Shown here one piece after another: positions 28,015 through 38,293 of a DNA stretch of 64,000 bases. Made by a program: the position numbers and the translations under genes. Each line of letters starts with the position of its first letter. Within the stretch, counting starts at the first letter, position 1. Under the pieces are notes generated by a model. That model worked only from the letters and a program-made list of their open reading frames with translations, was not told the DNA's origin and did no database searches. Source of the stretch: Alphaproteobacteria bacterium (GTDB taxonomy: Bacteria; Pseudomonadota; Alphaproteobacteria; WRAU01; Hepatincolaceae); the NCBI GenBank assembly GCA_031256515.1, contig JAIRQL010000100.1, positions 19,113-83,112 of the forward strand, written 5' to 3'.

Positions 28015-30663
28015 ATGGCAAGTTTAGAAGACAAAGAGGAAAAAATTAGTAAAATTATTAGTAATTTTAGTGATGTTGAGTACGAATCTTTAAGCCCAGT
28101 AATGCAACAATATTATGATATTAAAAAGAATCATAAAGAATATCTTTTATTTTTCAGAATGGGTGATTTTTTTGAAATGTTTTTTGAAGATGCCGTAATT
28201 GCATCACAATTATTGGGAGTTCTTTTAACAAGAAAATTAGCTGGGTCAGGGCAAGAAGTAAGTATGTGTGGGGTTCCTGTTCATTCTTATGAAAACTATC
28301 TTCATCGTTTAATTAAGCATGGCTACAATGTAGCAATATGCGATCAGCTAGAAAGCCCAGCTGAGGCTAAAAAAAGATCATCTAAAGAACTAGTAAAAAG
28401 AGATGTGGTAAGAATCATAACTCCAGGTACAATTACTGAAGAAAGTTTACTTGAGGGTGATTCTTATAATTATCTGGCTTGTCTTGTAATTGAAAATAAA
28501 AAATTTTCAGCATCTTGGATGGATATTTCTAGTGGTGATTTTTATGTGGAAAGTTCAAATATAGAAGATATAAATAGCCTATTGTATAAAATCCGACCTA
28601 AAGAAATCCTTTTAGCAACAGCATCTGATAAATCTTTTTTACCTGATGAATTTAAACTTTTAACAACAGATATACCTAAAGAAAAATTTGAAATTAGAAG
28701 TTGCTTAGCTAGGTTAAATCAGGTGTTTTCTTCTAAATCTTTTATAATGGAATCTTTAGAAAAATTAGAAAAAATATCATGTGGAGTGTTGCTATATTAT
28801 CTTGAGCTAACTCAAAAAAGTTCTCTTTCAGTTTCGCCACCTAAAAAAGATTATTCTTCAAGATATGTAAGATTAGATGCTTTTACTAGAAATTCTTTAG
28901 AAATACAGCAGTCTTACGGTGGGTCAAAACAAGGAAGCCTAAAAGCAACAATAGATTGTACTAAAACCTCACAAGGGTCAAGATTATTGGGTAATTGGTT
29001 AAATAGTCCTCTTAAGGATATAAGTGAGATAAATCAAAGGCTTGATGTTGTTGCTTATTTTGTAGAGAATCAAGATGTTTTAAGCAGTTTAAGGAGTATC
29101 TTGCAAAATACTTCTGATGTAGAAAGAGCTTTAGGCAGAATTATGCTAAAAAAAGCTACAGTAGTTGAGCTAGTATTTTTAAGAAATTTCTTAAGGAATC
29201 TTAGGGGTATAAAAGAGCTTTTCTTTATGAAACCGTTGCCAAGTATTTTAGAAGAAATAATGGCTAGTTTTAGTATGGAAAGTAATCTGCTTAATAATCT
29301 TAATGAGGCCATATTAGAAGATATTACATTAAACCGTGAAAGTGGTTTTTTAAAAGCAGGCTTTAATACAGTTTTTGAGGAATTTCTTTCAAGAAAAGAA
29401 AAATGTTTACAAAACATAATTTCACTGCAAGAGCAGTACATCGTACAAACAACGGTTGTTAATTTAAAAATTACTTATAATAATACAGATGGTTATTTTA
29501 TAGAAGTTCCTATTAAGCAATCTCCTAAAATTTTGCCGTCTCATAACTTTTTGCATAAAAGAAATACAACTACATCGGTAAGATATTCTACCGTTGAGTT
29601 AGATAATCTAAGTTTTGAAATTATTAATATTGAACAAAGGCTTTTGTCTATAGAAAAAGAAGTCCTTTCTTCTCTTATTTTGCAAATTATTGCTGAGGGA
29701 GAGTTTTTGCAAACAGCATCTAAATGTTTAGCAAAATTAGATGTTTTAAGTTCTTTTGCTACCCTTGCTATTGATTGTAATCTTGTTTGTCCAATTGTAG
29801 ATGATTCATCTATGTTTATTATAAAAAAGGGCAGGCATTTAGTGGTTGAAAAAAGTATTAAAAAAAAGGATAATGCTCTTTTTATTCCAAATTCTTGCTT
29901 AATGGAAGATAAAAATATCTTTTTGATTACAGGACCAAATATGTCGGGTAAAAGTACCTACTTACGGCAGAATGCTTTATTTATTATTCTAGCTCAATCG
30001 GGATGTTTTGTACCAGCAGAATCCGCTCATATTGGGGTTTGTGATGCAATTTTCTCAAGAGTAGGGGCAAGTGATGACCTATTTAAGGGTCAATCTACCT
30101 TTATGGTGGAAATGATTGAGCTAGCAACTATCCTTAATTATGCTACTAGTAAATCTTTTATTATTTTAGATGAAATTGGCAGAGGAACATCAACATACGA
30201 TGGTTTATCCATAGCTTGGGCTACCTTAGAATATATTAATAATAAATTACAAGCTAGAACTTTTTTTGCTACCCATTATCATGAGTTAATAGAGTTAGAA
30301 AAAAAATTAGATTCTCTTGAATGCTATTATGTAAGTGTAATTGAAGAAAAAGATAAAATTATTTTTATGCACTCTTTAGAAAAAGGAGCGGTTAGTAGAT
30401 CTTATGGCATTGAGGTGGCAAAAATTGCAGGATTGCCAAATAGTGTAATTAGGAATTCTCAAAATATTTTACAAAAATTAGAAAAGGTAGAAGAAAAGAA
30501 TCTCCCCTTATTTGATTTTGTTGAAGATATACCAGAGGTTGCCAAAAATAATGAGAAAGAATCAGCAGTTATTGATTATTTGCGAAGTATAGAGGTAGAC
30601 GAATTAACCCCTAAGCTAGCATTAGATGTATTATATGAGTTAAAAGATTTATCAGAAAAATAG
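28015..30663 (+). CDS. mutS: DNA mismatch repair protein MutS
   Basis: PVMQQY, LFFRMGDFFE, TGPNMSGKSTY, STFMVEM, DEIGRGTST, THYHEL. Confidence 0.97.
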   Translation: MASLEDKEEKISKIISNFSDVEYESLSPVMQQYYDIKKNHKEYLLFFRMGDFFEMFFEDAVIASQLLGVLLTRKLAGSGQEVSMCGVPVHSYENYLHRLIKHGYNVAICDQLESPAEAKKRSSKELVKRDVVRIITPGTITEESLLEGDSYNYLACLVIENKKFSASWMDISSGDFYVESSNIEDINSLLYKIRPKEILLATASDKSFLPDEFKLLTTDIPKEKFEIRSCLARLNQVFSSKSFIMESLEKLEKISCGVLLYYLELTQKSSLSVSPPKKDYSSRYVRLDAFTRNSLEIQQSYGGSKQGSLKATIDCTKTSQGSRLLGNWLNSPLKDISEINQRLDVVAYFVENQDVLSSLRSILQNTSDVERALGRIMLKKATVVELVFLRNFLRNLRGIKELFFMKPLPSILEEIMASFSMESNLLNNLNEAILEDITLNRESGFLKAGFNTVFEEFLSRKEKCLQNIISLQEQYIVQTTVVNLKITYNNTDGYFIEVPIKQSPKILPSHNFLHKRNTTTSVRYSTVELDNLSFEIINIEQRLLSIEKEVLSSLILQIIAEGEFLQTASKCLAKLDVLSSFATLAIDCNLVCPIVDDSSMFIIKKGRHLVVEKSIKKKDNALFIPNSCLMEDKNIFLITGPNMSGKSTYLRQNALFIILAQSGCFVPAESAHIGVCDAIFSRVGASDDLFKGQSTFMVEMIELATILNYATSKSFIILDEIGRGTSTYDGLSIAWATLEYINNKLQARTFFATHYHELIELEKKLDSLECYYVSVIEEKDKIIFMHSLEKGAVSRSYGIEVAKIAGLPNSVIRNSQNILQKLEKVEEKNLPLFDFVEDIPEVAKNNEKESAVIDYLRSIEVDELTPKLALDVLYELKDLSEK

Positions 30664-30672
30664 AGTGAAAAA

Positions 30673-32220
30673 GTGAATTTTAAAAATGTATTAAAAGTAA
30701 GTGGTTTTACTTTAATAAGCAGATTCTTAGGGCTTTTAAGGGATATTTTATTAAGTAGGTTTTTTGGGGCAAGTTCGCTTTCTGATGCCTTTTTTGTAGC
30801 TTTTAAAATTCCTAACTTATTTAGAAGATTATTTGCTGAGGGTAGTATGCAGGCTGCTTTTGTTCCAATTTTTGCTAAGGTTTTAGGCGAAGATGAGAAA
30901 AAAGCTCGAGAGTTTGCCTCACAAGTATTTACCATATTTTTTATTATCCTAGCGATTTTTGTATGTTTATTTGATTATTATGCTGATTATGTAATTATGG
31001 TAATTTCTCCAGGTATTAAAAGTAGAGGAGATGAAATATTTAATTTAACTGTAGAACTATTGCGAATAACTATGCCTTATTTGCTGTTTATATCTATGGT
31101 ATCTTTTTATTCTTCATTATTAAATTCTTTAAATAAGTTTTCTTTAGTAGCTTTTTTACCAGCTCTTTTAAACATATCAATTGTTGCAACTTTACTTTTG
31201 TCTGATGTAGATAGTAATATTTTTCAAAGTGCTGCTCATGCTGGCTCGTGGGGGATTTTTTGGGGAGGCTTAGCACAATTATTATGTGTAATGTGGGCTT
31301 GTTATAAAAATAAATGGCTAATTAGATTCACTTTAATTAAAAAAGTTATGGTTGAAACCAAAACTTTTTTTAGAAGAATTTTACCAGTTGTGTTTGGGGC
31401 TGGAGTTTATCAGGTTAATATTATTGTTGATGTACTAGTTGCTTCACTTTTGCCAGCTGGAGCTATTTCTTTTTTATTTTATGCCGATAGAATTTATCAA
31501 TTACCTTTGGCAATTATAGGAATTGCTATAGGAACAGTGGTTTTGCCAGAAATATCAGGTTCTAATAAAACTCATGAAGAAAAGGCTGATATTAAACAGA
31601 ATGCTTTAATTTTTTCGCTAGGAATGTCTTTATTTGCAGCGATTTCTTTGATAGTTTTTGCAAATGAAACTATTAAAATAATTTTTTATGGTGGTAATTT
31701 TAGCCTTGAGGCAACAAGGATTACCGCTATAGTTTTAATGATTTATACTCTATCACTACCAGCTAATATTATAACTAAAGTAATTTTGCCTTTTTATTAT
31801 TCTTATGGCGATACAAGAACTCCTTTTTACAGTACTTTAGTATGTTTACTTTTAAATTTAGTATTAGTTTTTTCTTTGGCTAATTTTTTTGGTGTTTATG
31901 GTATCGCTTGTGCTACGGTAATTGCTTCTACGGTTAATCTTTTAATTTTATTTTTTGTTTTATATAAAAAGTATAACTTTAGGTTATCTGAAAAATTCTA
32001 TATTGAGTTTAAAAAAATAATTATTGTAGCAATGCTATTAATATTTATGTTATTATTAATAAAACATGCCTTCTTAGATAACTTAACCTTAGATTTATTT
32101 TGGTTTCGCTTTATTTATATTTTTTGTATTATCTTAATGGTAGTATTTGTAATATTTTTACTAAGACTGGTAAAATCATATATATATTTTGAAGTAATGA
32201 AATTATTTAGCAGGAACTAA
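30673..32220 (+). CDS. murJ: Lipid II flippase MurJ
   Basis: SRFLGLLRD, AFKIPNLFRRLFAEG, YADRIYQLP. Confidence 0.95.
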   Translation: MNFKNVLKVSGFTLISRFLGLLRDILLSRFFGASSLSDAFFVAFKIPNLFRRLFAEGSMQAAFVPIFAKVLGEDEKKAREFASQVFTIFFIILAIFVCLFDYYADYVIMVISPGIKSRGDEIFNLTVELLRITMPYLLFISMVSFYSSLLNSLNKFSLVAFLPALLNISIVATLLLSDVDSNIFQSAAHAGSWGIFWGGLAQLLCVMWACYKNKWLIRFTLIKKVMVETKTFFRRILPVVFGAGVYQVNIIVDVLVASLLPAGAISFLFYADRIYQLPLAIIGIAIGTVVLPEISGSNKTHEEKADIKQNALIFSLGMSLFAAISLIVFANETIKIIFYGGNFSLEATRITAIVLMIYTLSLPANIITKVILPFYYSYGDTRTPFYSTLVCLLLNLVLVFSLANFFGVYGIACATVIASTVNLLILFFVLYKKYNFRLSEKFYIEFKKIIIVAMLLIFMLLLIKHAFLDNLTLDLFWFRFIYIFCIILMVVFVIFLLRLVKSYIYFEVMKLFSRN

Positions 32221-33218
32221 TGAAAACAGTTTTTTCGGGAATTCAACCAACTGGTGGTATTCATCTTGGTAATTATGTAGGAGCAATTAATAATTGGGTA
32301 AACTTACAAAGTAAAGATGTTAAAAATATCTATTGTATTGTTGATTTGCATGCTATTACTGTGTTTCAAGATCCTAAAGAGCTTCATCAAAATATATTAA
32401 AAGCTGCAGCAATTCTTATTGCTTGTGGTATTAATCCAGAAGAATCTACTTTGTTCGTGCAAAGTAGTAATGGTGATCATGCTGAATTAGCTTGGCTTTT
32501 AAATTGTGTGGCAAGAATTGGTTGGTTAAACCGTATGACTCAATTTAAAGATAAAGCTGGCAAAAATAGAGAAAATAGTTCGGTGGGGCTTTATGCTTAT
32601 CCAAACTTAATGGCAGCAGATATTTTATTATATAATACTGATACTGTGCCAGTTGGCGAAGATCAAAAGCAACATATTGAGCTGGCTCGTGATATTGCCA
32701 TAAAATTTAATAATGATTATGCTGAAACTTTTAAAATTCCTGAGCCTTTAATTATTAAAGAAAATGCTAGGATTATGTCTTTAAAAGATGGCACAAAGAA
32801 AATGTCTAAGTCTGATCCGTCGGATTTTTCTAAAATTAGCTTAGAAGATAGGGATGAAGATATTGTTAGTAAAATTATGAAAGCTAAAACAGACTCTATG
32901 CCTTTTCCGAGTGTTGGCGAAGATTTGTCTGATAGACCTGAGATTAATAACTTGTTAAATATTTATAGCTTTAGTTCAAAGCTATCTCGTGAGGAAATTA
33001 TTTCGTCTTATGTAGGTAAAAGTTTTGTTGACTTTAAAAAAGATCTTGCTGATAGGTTAGTAAGTATAATATCACCTATTCGCAATAAACAGATTGATTT
33101 ATTTAAAAATCAAGACTATTTATTAAGCATATTAAAGAAAGGAAGCAATCAAGCTCAAGAAATTTCTAACAAAAAGCTATTAGAAGCCAAAAAAGCTATG
33201 GGTTTTGTTAATTTATAA
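32220..33218 (+). CDS. trpS: Tryptophanyl-tRNA synthetase
   Basis: SGIQPTG, HLGN, YPNLMAADIL, VGEDQKQH, KMSKS. Confidence 0.97.
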   Translation: MKTVFSGIQPTGGIHLGNYVGAINNWVNLQSKDVKNIYCIVDLHAITVFQDPKELHQNILKAAAILIACGINPEESTLFVQSSNGDHAELAWLLNCVARIGWLNRMTQFKDKAGKNRENSSVGLYAYPNLMAADILLYNTDTVPVGEDQKQHIELARDIAIKFNNDYAETFKIPEPLIIKENARIMSLKDGTKKMSKSDPSDFSKISLEDRDEDIVSKIMKAKTDSMPFPSVGEDLSDRPEINNLLNIYSFSSKLSREEIISSYVGKSFVDFKKDLADRLVSIISPIRNKQIDLFKNQDYLLSILKKGSNQAQEISNKKLLEAKKAMGFVNL

Positions 33219-33230
33219 TAAAGGAATATT

Positions 33231-33803
33231 ATGTTTATAGAAGTACAAGAAACTCCAAATCCAAATACTTTAAAGTTTTTTCTAAATCAAGCGATTTTAG
33301 AAAACAATCAAACTTATCACTTTAAAGGTAAGGAAGATAGTAAATCATCTCCTCTTGTTAGTAAATTGTTTGATTTAGAAGGTATTAAGGGAGTTTTCTT
33401 AGGTAGCGAGTTTATATCTGTAGTTGTAGAGAATGAGGATTCTTGGGATTATTTAAAACCACAAATTTTAGCTTTAATTTCAGATTTCTTAACCTCAGGT
33501 CAGCCTATCCTTGTGGAGAGTATAGAAAGTTTAGCTGAGAGCTTTAAAGTTAAAGGCAAAAATGCCGAAGATGAAGAAATTATTGCTAAAATAGAAGAAC
33601 TTTTTGAAGAAAGAATTCGTCCAGCTGTAGCTATGGATGGTGGTGATATTTTGTTTAGAGATTATGAAGACGGTATAGTTTACTTAAGTTTATATGGTTC
33701 TTGTGCTGGCTGCCCTAGTTCTACCATTACTTTAAAAAATGGTATTGAAAATATGTTAAAATATTATATACCCCAAGTAAAAGAGGTTATAAGTATTGAG
33801 TAA
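33231..33803 (+). CDS. NifU/Nfu-type Fe-S scaffold protein
   Basis: ETPNPNTLKF N-terminus, IRPAVAMDGGD, GSCAGCPSS. Confidence 0.92.
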   Translation: MFIEVQETPNPNTLKFFLNQAILENNQTYHFKGKEDSKSSPLVSKLFDLEGIKGVFLGSEFISVVVENEDSWDYLKPQILALISDFLTSGQPILVESIESLAESFKVKGKNAEDEEIIAKIEELFEERIRPAVAMDGGDILFRDYEDGIVYLSLYGSCAGCPSSTITLKNGIENMLKYYIPQVKEVISIE

Positions 33804-34815
33804 AAAAATAAATATAGATCCTATAAATATCAAAGGTATTTTAGGATTTGTAAAAAGTTGTTTTTTTAAGGCATCAATATTAGCTTTAATAATTATTTTT
33901 ATTCTATTTTTACTTAGTTATAAGTTTACTGGTAGAATATTTTCTAATGATTATGTTTTGAATACTATGTTAAAAAAGAATATGTATTCAAGGCAATGCC
34001 TATATTTACATGAAGATGATCCACAGTTAATTGTAAAGCTAAATGATTTTTATAATTCTGTAGAAAATAGATTCCTTGTTCCTCCTGTGTTCTTTAACAA
34101 TATGCCAATGTCTCTTAAAAACACTAAAGATATTCAATTAAAAAAAGATACTTATATAAATATATTATTGCCAATTTTATTAAAAGTACAAAAAAGTGTA
34201 CTTAATGATAGAGCTAGGCTTGTGGAAATTAACTCAAGAATGATAAATGAACCACTACTAGCCGAAGATTTTATCTTTATAGAAACATTAGCTAGTAGAT
34301 ATAAAGTTAAACTAGTGGATGATGATTTTTGGAATTATGTAGAAGCGGTTGATGAACTGTTGTTAAGAGTAGATATTGTACCAACCTCAATTGCTTTAGG
34401 AATTTCGGCTAAAGAAACAGGATGGGGAAGTTCAAGGTTTTTACAAGAAGGTAATTCATTATTTTCTCAATGGGCTTTTGATGAAACCGCAGGAATTGTT
34501 CCTTTGGGTAGAGAAGAAGGAAAAAAACATGTGGTTAGAAAATTTGATACTCTTGAAGATGCAGTGAGAGCCTTTTTTATTAATATTAATACTCATAATG
34601 CTTATAAAGAATTTCGGTCGCAAAGAAGAAAAATGCGCTTGATGGATGGCACTCTTAAGCCTAGAAGATTAATTTCTACACTAAATAAATATTCGGAAGA
34701 AAGTGATTATACAGAAATGTTGAGTAGAATTATAGCTGCTAATTCTTTAGAAAGATTTGATAGCTATACATCTTTTTCAACTAAATATAAAAACATTTGC
34801 TTAACTGTTGTGTAA
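33796..34815 (+). CDS. Membrane-anchored Bax/FlgJ-related glucosaminidase-domain protein
   Basis: N-terminal TM; RVDIVPTSIALG..A.ETGWGSSRF..EGNSLF.QW, NINTHNAYKEFR, YSE..Y. Confidence 0.82.
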   Translation: MSKKINIDPINIKGILGFVKSCFFKASILALIIIFILFLLSYKFTGRIFSNDYVLNTMLKKNMYSRQCLYLHEDDPQLIVKLNDFYNSVENRFLVPPVFFNNMPMSLKNTKDIQLKKDTYINILLPILLKVQKSVLNDRARLVEINSRMINEPLLAEDFIFIETLASRYKVKLVDDDFWNYVEAVDELLLRVDIVPTSIALGISAKETGWGSSRFLQEGNSLFSQWAFDETAGIVPLGREEGKKHVVRKFDTLEDAVRAFFININTHNAYKEFRSQRRKMRLMDGTLKPRRLISTLNKYSEESDYTEMLSRIIAANSLERFDSYTSFSTKYKNICLTVV

Positions 34816-35508
34816 ATGATGTATGGATTAGCTTTAGATACTTCAAATAAATTGCAATTAGCTTTATTAAATGAAGACAGGGTTGTTGATACTATCGTCC
34901 TAAAAGAAAAAATTAATATTTCCGATGTTATTTTGCAATATATTGCTACTCTTATTGATAGAAATAAAATAACTCTCAAGGATATTAATTATATTACTTT
35001 AATTAACGGGGCAGGATATTTTACTGGAGTAAGAATTGCTATTGTGGTAGCAAAGATTTTCCGTTTATCTTTAAATATTCCTGTTTTTACCTTTAGTACA
35101 TCCTTTATTATGTTTAAAGAAATATCTGATTCTTTATTAGAGAGTAATTTTGTAGTTTCTAGTGTAGATATTGGTAAAAGTGGCTGTGTGATTTCTGTAT
35201 TTAGCAAACAAGAGCAAATAGTATCTGATATATATGTAGACGAAGACAATTTAGCAGATTTTTTTAAAAATCATGAATCTCTTAGTGGTATTTCACTAAA
35301 AAACTTAGTTATTATTGGCAATAAACAGAGTTTATTTAAAGAAATAGATTATTTTGCAGAGGCTACTTATTGTGATAATCTTGTAGCTACATCTATGAAA
35401 ATATTAGGTATGGAAGCTATAAAATCGTATAATAGGGGAGATTTGCAACCAAAAATAGAACCTCTTTATGCCAAAGAGGCAGATGTTATAATTAAACAGG
35501 GTAAATAA
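34816..35508 (+). CDS. tsaB: t6A biosynthesis protein TsaB
   Basis: LALDTS, GAGYFTGVRI, IEPLYAK. Confidence 0.88.
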   Translation: MMYGLALDTSNKLQLALLNEDRVVDTIVLKEKINISDVILQYIATLIDRNKITLKDINYITLINGAGYFTGVRIAIVVAKIFRLSLNIPVFTFSTSFIMFKEISDSLLESNFVVSSVDIGKSGCVISVFSKQEQIVSDIYVDEDNLADFFKNHESLSGISLKNLVIIGNKQSLFKEIDYFAEATYCDNLVATSMKILGMEAIKSYNRGDLQPKIEPLYAKEADVIIKQGK

Positions 35509-36863
35509 TGCAACAAAAACAAAAGAAATATCATATAAAAACTTGGGGTTGTCAGATGAATGTTTATGATTCCCAAAGAATTAGTGAGATATTACAAAGT
35601 TTAGGTTATGTTTTAACTGAAGATTCTACGGAATCGGACTTGGTAATTTTAAATACTTGCCATGTTCGTGAAAAAGCGACCGAAAAAGTTTATTCTGATA
35701 TCGGTAGATTAAATCTGCTTAAACAAAGAAGACAGAAAATCGGGCAAAGTTTAATTATCGGAGTATCTGGTTGTGTGGCTCAGGCTGAGGGTGAAGAGAT
35801 TATTAAAAGAGCTCCTTGTGTAGATTTAGTTTTTGGTCCACAAACTTGGCATCGCCTAGAAGAAATGATTAAAAAAATTGAGGAAGAAAATGAGAAGGTT
35901 TGTGATACTGACTTTCCTGTAGAAGAAAAGTTTGATTCTCTTCCTACTTTTTTTGATAAAGCTCGTATAAACAATGGTAGTGCTTTTGTAGCCGTGCAAG
36001 AGGGCTGTGATAAATTTTGTACATATTGTGTAGTTCCTTATACAAGAGGAGCGGAATATTCAAGACCAACTTGGCAGGTTTTAGAAGAAACCAATAAATT
36101 AGTTAAAGAAGGAGCCAAAGAAATTACTCTTTTAGGGCAAAATGTTAATGCTTATCATGGAGTGTCTCATGACGGTAGTGAATGGAGCTTAGGTAAACTT
36201 ATAGATAAAATTTCTACAATTGAGAATTTACAAAGGATTCGCTATATTACATCTTATCCAGCTGAAGTTAATGATGATTTAATTTTGGCTCATAAAAATC
36301 AGCCGAAATTAATGCCTTTTTTACACTTACCAATTCAAGCTGGGTCTAATAAAATCCTTAAAGCGATGAATAGAAATCATACTAAAGAACAATATTTAGA
36401 TTTAATAGCTAAATTTAAAGAGGCTCGTGAGGATATGGCTTTTTCTTCAGATTTTATTGTGGGTTTTCCTGGTGAAACTGAGGAGGATTTTCAAGAAACT
36501 CTTGAGGTAGTTAAAAAAGTTGGTTTTATTCAGTCTTTTTCTTTTGCTTATAGTCCTCGTCTTGGTACACCAGCGGTTGATTATGAAAATCAAATTCCTT
36601 TAGATATTAAAGAAAAACGGTTGTATATTCTGCAAGATTTACTTAAGGAAACTCAAAGAGAATTTAACGAAAAAACTGTTGGCAAAACAATGGAAGTACT
36701 TTTTGATAGAAAAGGAAAATACGATGGACAATTAGTCGGAAAAAGTCCATATATGCAGGCAGTTGCTGTAAATAATATGAGTGAAAATATGCTTGGTAAT
36801 ATTTATAAAGTAAAAATTACTTCAAATTATAATACAAGTTTAATTGGTGAAATTGTTGAATAA
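35508..36863 (+). CDS. miaB: tRNA ms2i6A37 methylthiotransferase MiaB
   Basis: TWGCQMNVYDS, NTCHVRE, EGCDKFCTYC, TRAM domain. Confidence 0.97.
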   Translation: MQQKQKKYHIKTWGCQMNVYDSQRISEILQSLGYVLTEDSTESDLVILNTCHVREKATEKVYSDIGRLNLLKQRRQKIGQSLIIGVSGCVAQAEGEEIIKRAPCVDLVFGPQTWHRLEEMIKKIEEENEKVCDTDFPVEEKFDSLPTFFDKARINNGSAFVAVQEGCDKFCTYCVVPYTRGAEYSRPTWQVLEETNKLVKEGAKEITLLGQNVNAYHGVSHDGSEWSLGKLIDKISTIENLQRIRYITSYPAEVNDDLILAHKNQPKLMPFLHLPIQAGSNKILKAMNRNHTKEQYLDLIAKFKEAREDMAFSSDFIVGFPGETEEDFQETLEVVKKVGFIQSFSFAYSPRLGTPAVDYENQIPLDIKEKRLYILQDLLKETQREFNEKTVGKTMEVLFDRKGKYDGQLVGKSPYMQAVAVNNMSENMLGNIYKVKITSNYNTSLIGEIVE

Positions 36864-37398
36864 TATAAGTATTTCTATTGATTCTAAATTAAAAGATATT
36901 CGTAATAGTTTTACTATTAAAACTATTAATAAATATAAAAAAGATTCTATAAATATTATTAAAATTGCTTTAGATTATTTATCTAAAGAAGAAAAATTTA
37001 TGTTTTTAAAGTCTGCCGAGATTTTTTTAGATTTACATTTAGTTGATGATAAGCAAATTGCTAAGATTAATGGGCAGTATCGCAATAAAAAAGAGCCAAC
37101 CAATGTTCTTTCTTTTGCTTATTTTATTGAAGAAGATTTTAAAAATAAAAATTTATTGCAAAATTTACATCTTGGAGAAATTTTTATTTCTATGGAAACT
37201 TTATTAAAGGAATCTGCAGAGCAAAAAGTAGTAATAGAACATCATTTTTTTAGATTATTAATTCATGGATTACTTCATTTGTTAGGGTTTGATCACAATC
37301 TAGAAAATGAAGCAAGATTAATGTATAATACAGAAGAAAATATTTTAAATGAATTAAAATTACCAACTAATAGTATAGTAGCAAATTATTGGAGATAA
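36844..37398 (+). CDS. ybeY: rRNA maturation endoribonuclease YbeY
   Basis: TNVLSF, LGEIFIS, IHGLLHLLGFDH. Confidence 0.92.
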   Translation: MVKLLNNISISIDSKLKDIRNSFTIKTINKYKKDSINIIKIALDYLSKEEKFMFLKSAEIFLDLHLVDDKQIAKINGQYRNKKEPTNVLSFAYFIEEDFKNKNLLQNLHLGEIFISMETLLKESAEQKVVIEHHFFRLLIHGLLHLLGFDHNLENEARLMYNTEENILNELKLPTNSIVANYWR

Positions 37399-37402
37399 TG
37401 TT

Positions 37403-38293
37403 TTGGAGGGAGAGGTCAAAAGCAAATTTTCTAAGTTTTTAGAAAAAATAAATTTTTTTAATAAAAAAAAGATAGAGCAATATAAAGGTAAAATTGATAA
37501 TATTCGTTATGAAAGATTATTAGAGTTGTTTTCTTTATATTACAATAAAGATGCTAGTGATGTTTCAGAAAATTATTTTATTAACAATATCATAGCTTTT
37601 AGAAATAAAAGAGTGCAAGATATTATGATTCCAAGAATTGATATTATAGCACTGCCTATAGAATCTGAAATGAATGATATTATAAAAGTTATGAGTAAAA
37701 GTGGTTTTTCAAGAATCCCCATTTATGAAGATAATCTTGATAATACTATTGGTTTTATTCATGTTAAAGATTTACTGCCAACTCTCAGAAAGAAAGCTCA
37801 TATTAATCTGCAAAGTGCAGTGCGGAGTGTTTTATTTATTTCTCCTTATATGAAACTGTTAGATTTGCTTTATGAGATGAAACTTAAAAGAGTTCATATG
37901 GCAATGGTAGTTGATGAGTTTGGCGGGGTTGACGGTTTAATTACCTTTGAAGATATTTTGGAGGAAATTGTTGGAGATATTAGAGATGAATACGATAAAG
38001 CTCCAGATGCTAAAATTCAAGAAAAAGAAACTGGAATTCTTGAAGTTGATGGGCGAGTGAATATCCATGATTTAGAAGAGTATATCGGTAAATTTAGTAC
38101 AGCTGAAGAAAATGAAGAGTCTAACACTATATCTGGGTTAATTGTAGCTTTGGTTGGTTATATTCCTTCAAAAAATGAAATTATTATTCACCCCTCAGGT
38201 ATTGAGTTTAAGATTATCTCGGTTGATCCATTAAAAATTAGTAAAGTTATGATTGATTATAGAGGACTAAAGAGAAATGATAATTCGCAATAA
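37403..38293 (+). CDS. HlyC/CorC-family CBS-domain transporter-associated protein
   Basis: DIMIPRIDI, FSRIPIY, VVDEFGGVDGLITFEDILEEIVGDI, CorC_HlyC C-terminus. Confidence 0.9.
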   Translation: MEGEVKSKFSKFLEKINFFNKKKIEQYKGKIDNIRYERLLELFSLYYNKDASDVSENYFINNIIAFRNKRVQDIMIPRIDIIALPIESEMNDIIKVMSKSGFSRIPIYEDNLDNTIGFIHVKDLLPTLRKKAHINLQSAVRSVLFISPYMKLLDLLYEMKLKRVHMAMVVDEFGGVDGLITFEDILEEIVGDIRDEYDKAPDAKIQEKETGILEVDGRVNIHDLEEYIGKFSTAEENEESNTISGLIVALVGYIPSKNEIIIHPSGIEFKIISVDPLKISKVMIDYRGLKRNDNSQ

